Part shown: positions 61,471-64,000 of the stretch, piece after piece | Numbering within the stretch: the first letter of the stretch is position 1 | Layout: the number at the start of each line of letters is the position of its first letter | Assembly: GCA_017613015.1 (NCBI GenBank) | Contig: JAGAEQ010000062.1 | Span: 874 to 64,873, forward strand | Source of the DNA: Bacteroidales bacterium | Lineage (GTDB): Bacteria > Bacteroidota > Bacteroidia > Bacteroidales > WCHB1-69 | DNA length: 64,000 nt | Direction of reading: 5' to 3' | Translations under genes and position numbers: made by a program | Notes under the pieces: generated by a model | What the model saw: the letters and a program-made list of their open reading frames with translations, nothing else | The model's database searches: none | Told to the model about the DNA's origin: nothing

Positions 61471-62505
61471 ATGGTAGAAAAACATTTTGTCCCCCAAGCG
61501 GACACGGAATATACGAAAACGGATTTCACCAGTGACCAGATGGTGAAATGGTGCCCCGGCTGCGGTGACCATTTTATCCTCAGTTCACTGCTCAACGCCT
61601 TCCCCAAGCTGAACAACCGTAAGGAGAACATCTGCATGGTCAGCGGTATCGGCTGCTCCAGCCGTATTCCCTATTATGTGGACACCTACGGCTTTCACTC
61701 CATCCACGGCAGGGCCTGTGCCATTGCCACCGGTGTGAAATTAGCCAATCCCGCCTTGAGCGTGTGGGTGAGCATGGGCGACGGCGACTCCATGGCCATC
61801 GGCGGCAACCACCTGATTCATGCGGTGCGCCGTAACCAGGACCTCAACATCACCATTTTTAACAACGAGATTTACGGCCTTACCAAAGGGCAGTACAGCC
61901 CCACCACCAAGTTCGGACAGGTGACCAAAACCTCTCCCTTCGGAACCATCGACTATCCCTTCAATCCCGGGGAACTGGTCATGGGTGCGCAGGGCACTTT
62001 CTTCGCCCGTTCGCTGGACTGCGTGCCGCAACTCACCACCGATGTGATGGTGCGTGCTGCCCGGCATGACGGCGCTTCTGTGGTGGAAGTGCTGCAGAAC
62101 TGCATGATATTCAACGACAAGACGCATGCTGCCATTACCGATCGTGCCGTGCGTGACGACCGCACCATTGTGCTGGAGGACGGCAAGCCCATGATTTTCG
62201 GCAAGGAAAAGAACAAGGGCCTCCGTTTCAACGGCCGCCAGCTGGAGGTGGTCACCATCGGAGAGAACGGTGTCACCATGGACGACATCATGATTCACCA
62301 CGAGGACATAGAGGACACCGGCATCCACATGATGCTGGCCCACATGGGCGGCGACCTGCCCGTGGCCCTCGGCGTGATCCGGAATGTGCGCAAGCCCTCC
62401 TATACCCAGTTGTACGAGGAACAGATGGAGGAGCAGATGGTAAACGGAAAATACAAGACCGTGGACGCGCTGCTGAACAGCGGCGACACTTGGGAAGTGG
62501 AATAG
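61471..62505 (+). CDS. korB: 2-oxoacid:ferredoxin oxidoreductase subunit beta (TPP-binding)
   Basis: 344 aa with WCPGCGDH, GIGCSSR, GDGDSMAIGGNH and NNEIYGLTKGQ. Confidence 0.9.
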   Translation: MVEKHFVPQADTEYTKTDFTSDQMVKWCPGCGDHFILSSLLNAFPKLNNRKENICMVSGIGCSSRIPYYVDTYGFHSIHGRACAIATGVKLANPALSVWVSMGDGDSMAIGGNHLIHAVRRNQDLNITIFNNEIYGLTKGQYSPTTKFGQVTKTSPFGTIDYPFNPGELVMGAQGTFFARSLDCVPQLTTDVMVRAARHDGASVVEVLQNCMIFNDKTHAAITDRAVRDDRTIVLEDGKPMIFGKEKNKGLRFNGRQLEVVTIGENGVTMDDIMIHHEDIEDTGIHMMLAHMGGDLPVALGVIRNVRKPSYTQLYEEQMEEQMVNGKYKTVDALLNSGDTWEVE

Positions 62506-62524
62506 GTTCCGCTTGCCGGTATGC

Positions 62525-62560
62525 AAAAAGGGGGAGTGCCGATGCATTCCCCCTTTTTTT
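62525..62560. terminator. bidirectional rho-independent terminator between korB and the convergent S41 gene
   Basis: Perfect 11-bp stem aaaaaggggga/tcccccttttt with a 12-nt loop. The flanking A and T runs allow it to function on either strand. Confidence 0.75.
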
Positions 62561-62577
62561 GAGTCTGTCCGCTCCGG

Positions 62578-63648
62578 CTATTTCCGGGACGCGGCCTCCA
62601 TGCTGGTCTGGTTTTCAATCAGGTCGCAGGCGTATTCGATGAGGTTGTCCTTGCCTTGCGCCGTGGCTTTGGGGTCCAAGCGGAGGTAGTGGTCGGGAGG
62701 CACGCCGTTCTCGTAGTTCATCCCTTTCGGGGAGAGCGTGCGGGTGAGCGAAAAACGGTAAATCCAGCCGTTGGGAAGTTGTCCTCCGTTGGGAAGGCCC
62801 AAACCGCCGCCAGTAGTGTCCCCAATCAGCTGCACGTGTGCATACGCCTTGGTGCACAGGGCGAAGAAGGAGGTGGCACTGTAGGAGCCCCTGTCCACCA
62901 ACACCATAACGGGCTTTTGGTAATTCCCGTAGCTGACGCTTCGCTTCGGCGCGCGCACCTCTTTCAGGGGACCGAACGCCTCATGCCCCGCTCCGGATTT
63001 GATTTGGGTGCGGTACAGCACTTGCCCGTCGTTGGGCAGCAGGTTCAGCAGGTTCCAGACATTGGCGATGTATCCGCCTTTGTTTTGCCGCAGGTCAAGG
63101 ACGATGCCTTTGGCTTGGGCGTAATGCTGGGTCAGGTAGCTCAAGGTGGCGCTGTCCGCTTTGCCCTCAAAGGAGGAATAGCTCCAATAGGCGATGGTCC
63201 CGTTCCGTAGTTCGTGGTGCGCGATGCCGCCGGTTTTGTGGTAGTGGTCGTCCGCAATGTGCAGGTAGTGCAGGTTCACCACTTGCTTGTCCACGTTTTT
63301 CTGTTGCTCCATTTTGCGGTACACCGCATCGCTGTAGGACAGGTCGAAAGGGGAGATGAGGTTGGCGTGTCCGTCGTTCAAGGTGTTGAGCATGCGCCCC
63401 ATCAGGTGGAAAAGGCTGTCGTCGCTGATGTCGTCGCTGACTTTGGGCCGCAGGCTGTCGTACACTTGCTGCCAGTCCACTTGCTTGACATCGAAAAAGG
63501 CGTATTGACGGTCCACTTTGTTCCAAAGGAAGTCAAAGGTTTCCGTGGGTGTCCCCTGCATTTCCTCTTCCCAGAAAAGGTCTTCGCAGGCGGGCAGTGC
63601 GAGTGCCAGGGCGGCAAGCGTCGCGAACAGAAAAGGTTTGAGGCTCAT
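62578..63648 (-). CDS. S41-family peptidase lipoprotein
   Basis: 356 aa with lipobox LALPAC. S41 core: LDLRQNKGGY, VDRGSYSATSFFA. Confidence 0.8.
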   Translation of the reverse strand: MSLKPFLFATLAALALALPACEDLFWEEEMQGTPTETFDFLWNKVDRQYAFFDVKQVDWQQVYDSLRPKVSDDISDDSLFHLMGRMLNTLNDGHANLISPFDLSYSDAVYRKMEQQKNVDKQVVNLHYLHIADDHYHKTGGIAHHELRNGTIAYWSYSSFEGKADSATLSYLTQHYAQAKGIVLDLRQNKGGYIANVWNLLNLLPNDGQVLYRTQIKSGAGHEAFGPLKEVRAPKRSVSYGNYQKPVMVLVDRGSYSATSFFALCTKAYAHVQLIGDTTGGGLGLPNGGQLPNGWIYRFSLTRTLSPKGMNYENGVPPDHYLRLDPKATAQGKDNLIEYACDLIENQTSMEAASRK

Positions 63649-64000
63649 CGTGTACGGTATAAAAGGTTCATGGAAAGGTGCAGCGCCAGCAGGTGCCGGG
63701 CATGGTCGAAGCGGTAGACCCCTTTGTGGCCGCTGCTGCGGTAGCTCCAGTCGTAGGAAATCCCGATGCGGTTGCGGTTGGACAGGGTACAGGCGATGCC
63801 GGTGGAAGTGGAGACTCCCGAAAGGGCGATGCCATGCAGGCTGTAAGTGTCTGCCAGGAAATTAAGCTGGTATGGATTGTCGTTGTAGTTGTCCATGTAG
63901 GGAAAACCGGGCCGCAGGGCGATGCCGGCAAAGGGAAGGCACAGGCTGCCGAAAACGGAGAAGGGCCTGCGTCCGTCGCTTTTCCGGAAGCCGAAATCGT
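63645..64000 (-). CDS. C-terminal part of a beta-strand-rich, possibly outer-membrane, protein; the gene runs off the window end
   Basis: The frame stays open from 64000 through the M at 63896 to the stop at 63645. The stop overlaps the S41 start (ATGA). Alternating aromatic/polar pattern (...GISYDWSYRSSGHKGVYRF...). Confidence 0.35.
   Translation of the reverse strand, partial: DFGFRKSDGRRPFSVFGSLCLPFAGIALRPGFPYMDNYNDNPYQLNFLADTYSLHGIALSGVSTSTGIACTLSNRNRIGISYDWSYRSSGHKGVYRFDHARHLLALHLSMNLLYRTR

Noticed and set aside
1-64000. CRISPR arrays, rRNA genes, IS elements and prophage genes.
   Set aside because: I saw no regularly spaced repeat/spacer array, no rRNA-like sequence, and no transposase, capsid or terminase-like ORFs. 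The only phased repeats are the three 32-bp-spaced copies at 12784..12859.

Overview
The window looks like a high-GC Bacteroidales (Bacteroidota) chromosome segment. This is inferred from recurrent TAnnTTTG -7 promoter boxes, a T9SS C-terminal sorting domain, a long-form NusB and a GldH-like lipoprotein. Positions 1-22.6 kb and 53.3-64 kb carry ordinary core genes. The left flank holds an SLT-like gene, nusB, an acyl-ACP thioesterase, a cation/H+ antiporter, argS, yggS, an S41 protease, tRNA-Asn, an acyl-CoA ligase, a DUF4143 ATPase, mntP, obg, an SDR, a T9SS cargo protein, a GH3::beta-lactamase fusion and tRNA-Arg. The right flank holds a DUF4159 gene, an Hsp15-like S4 protein, der, a GldH-like gene, a 2-hydroxyacid dehydrogenase, an SLT-LysM protein, truB, korAB and a second S41 protease. 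Between them, starting about 100 nt after tRNA-Arg(CCT), lies a ~30.6 kb block (22.6-53.3 kb) of 27 genes whose spot-checked GC is lower than the flank. Its first half is a recognisable aryl-polyene/flexirubin-type type-II PKS/FAS cluster: tyrosine-ammonia-lyase-like enzyme, 3 KS plus 2 CLF-like domains, KR, two complementary hot-dog dehydratases, ACPs, thioesterase, methyltransferase, LpxL-like acyltransferase, LolA-like carrier, GT2 and MMPL exporter. The second half is not part of the canonical Ape core as I know it. It contains an MMPL::PlsC fusion, a tandem double CrtI-like flavoprotein, a B12-type radical SAM enzyme, an orphan 119-aa protein and a secreted alpha/beta hydrolase. It also contains a PaaK-like adenylase, a third ACP next to a BtrH-like ACP-dependent acyltransferase, an extra long-chain acyl ligase, and a convergent ABC-2 exporter/PlsC-like acyltransferase operon. 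That second half is my best candidate for undescribed chemistry, but novelty cannot be established without database searches. No CRISPR array, rRNA, integrase or transposase was seen. Many long antisense ORFs in the track are GC-driven shadows.
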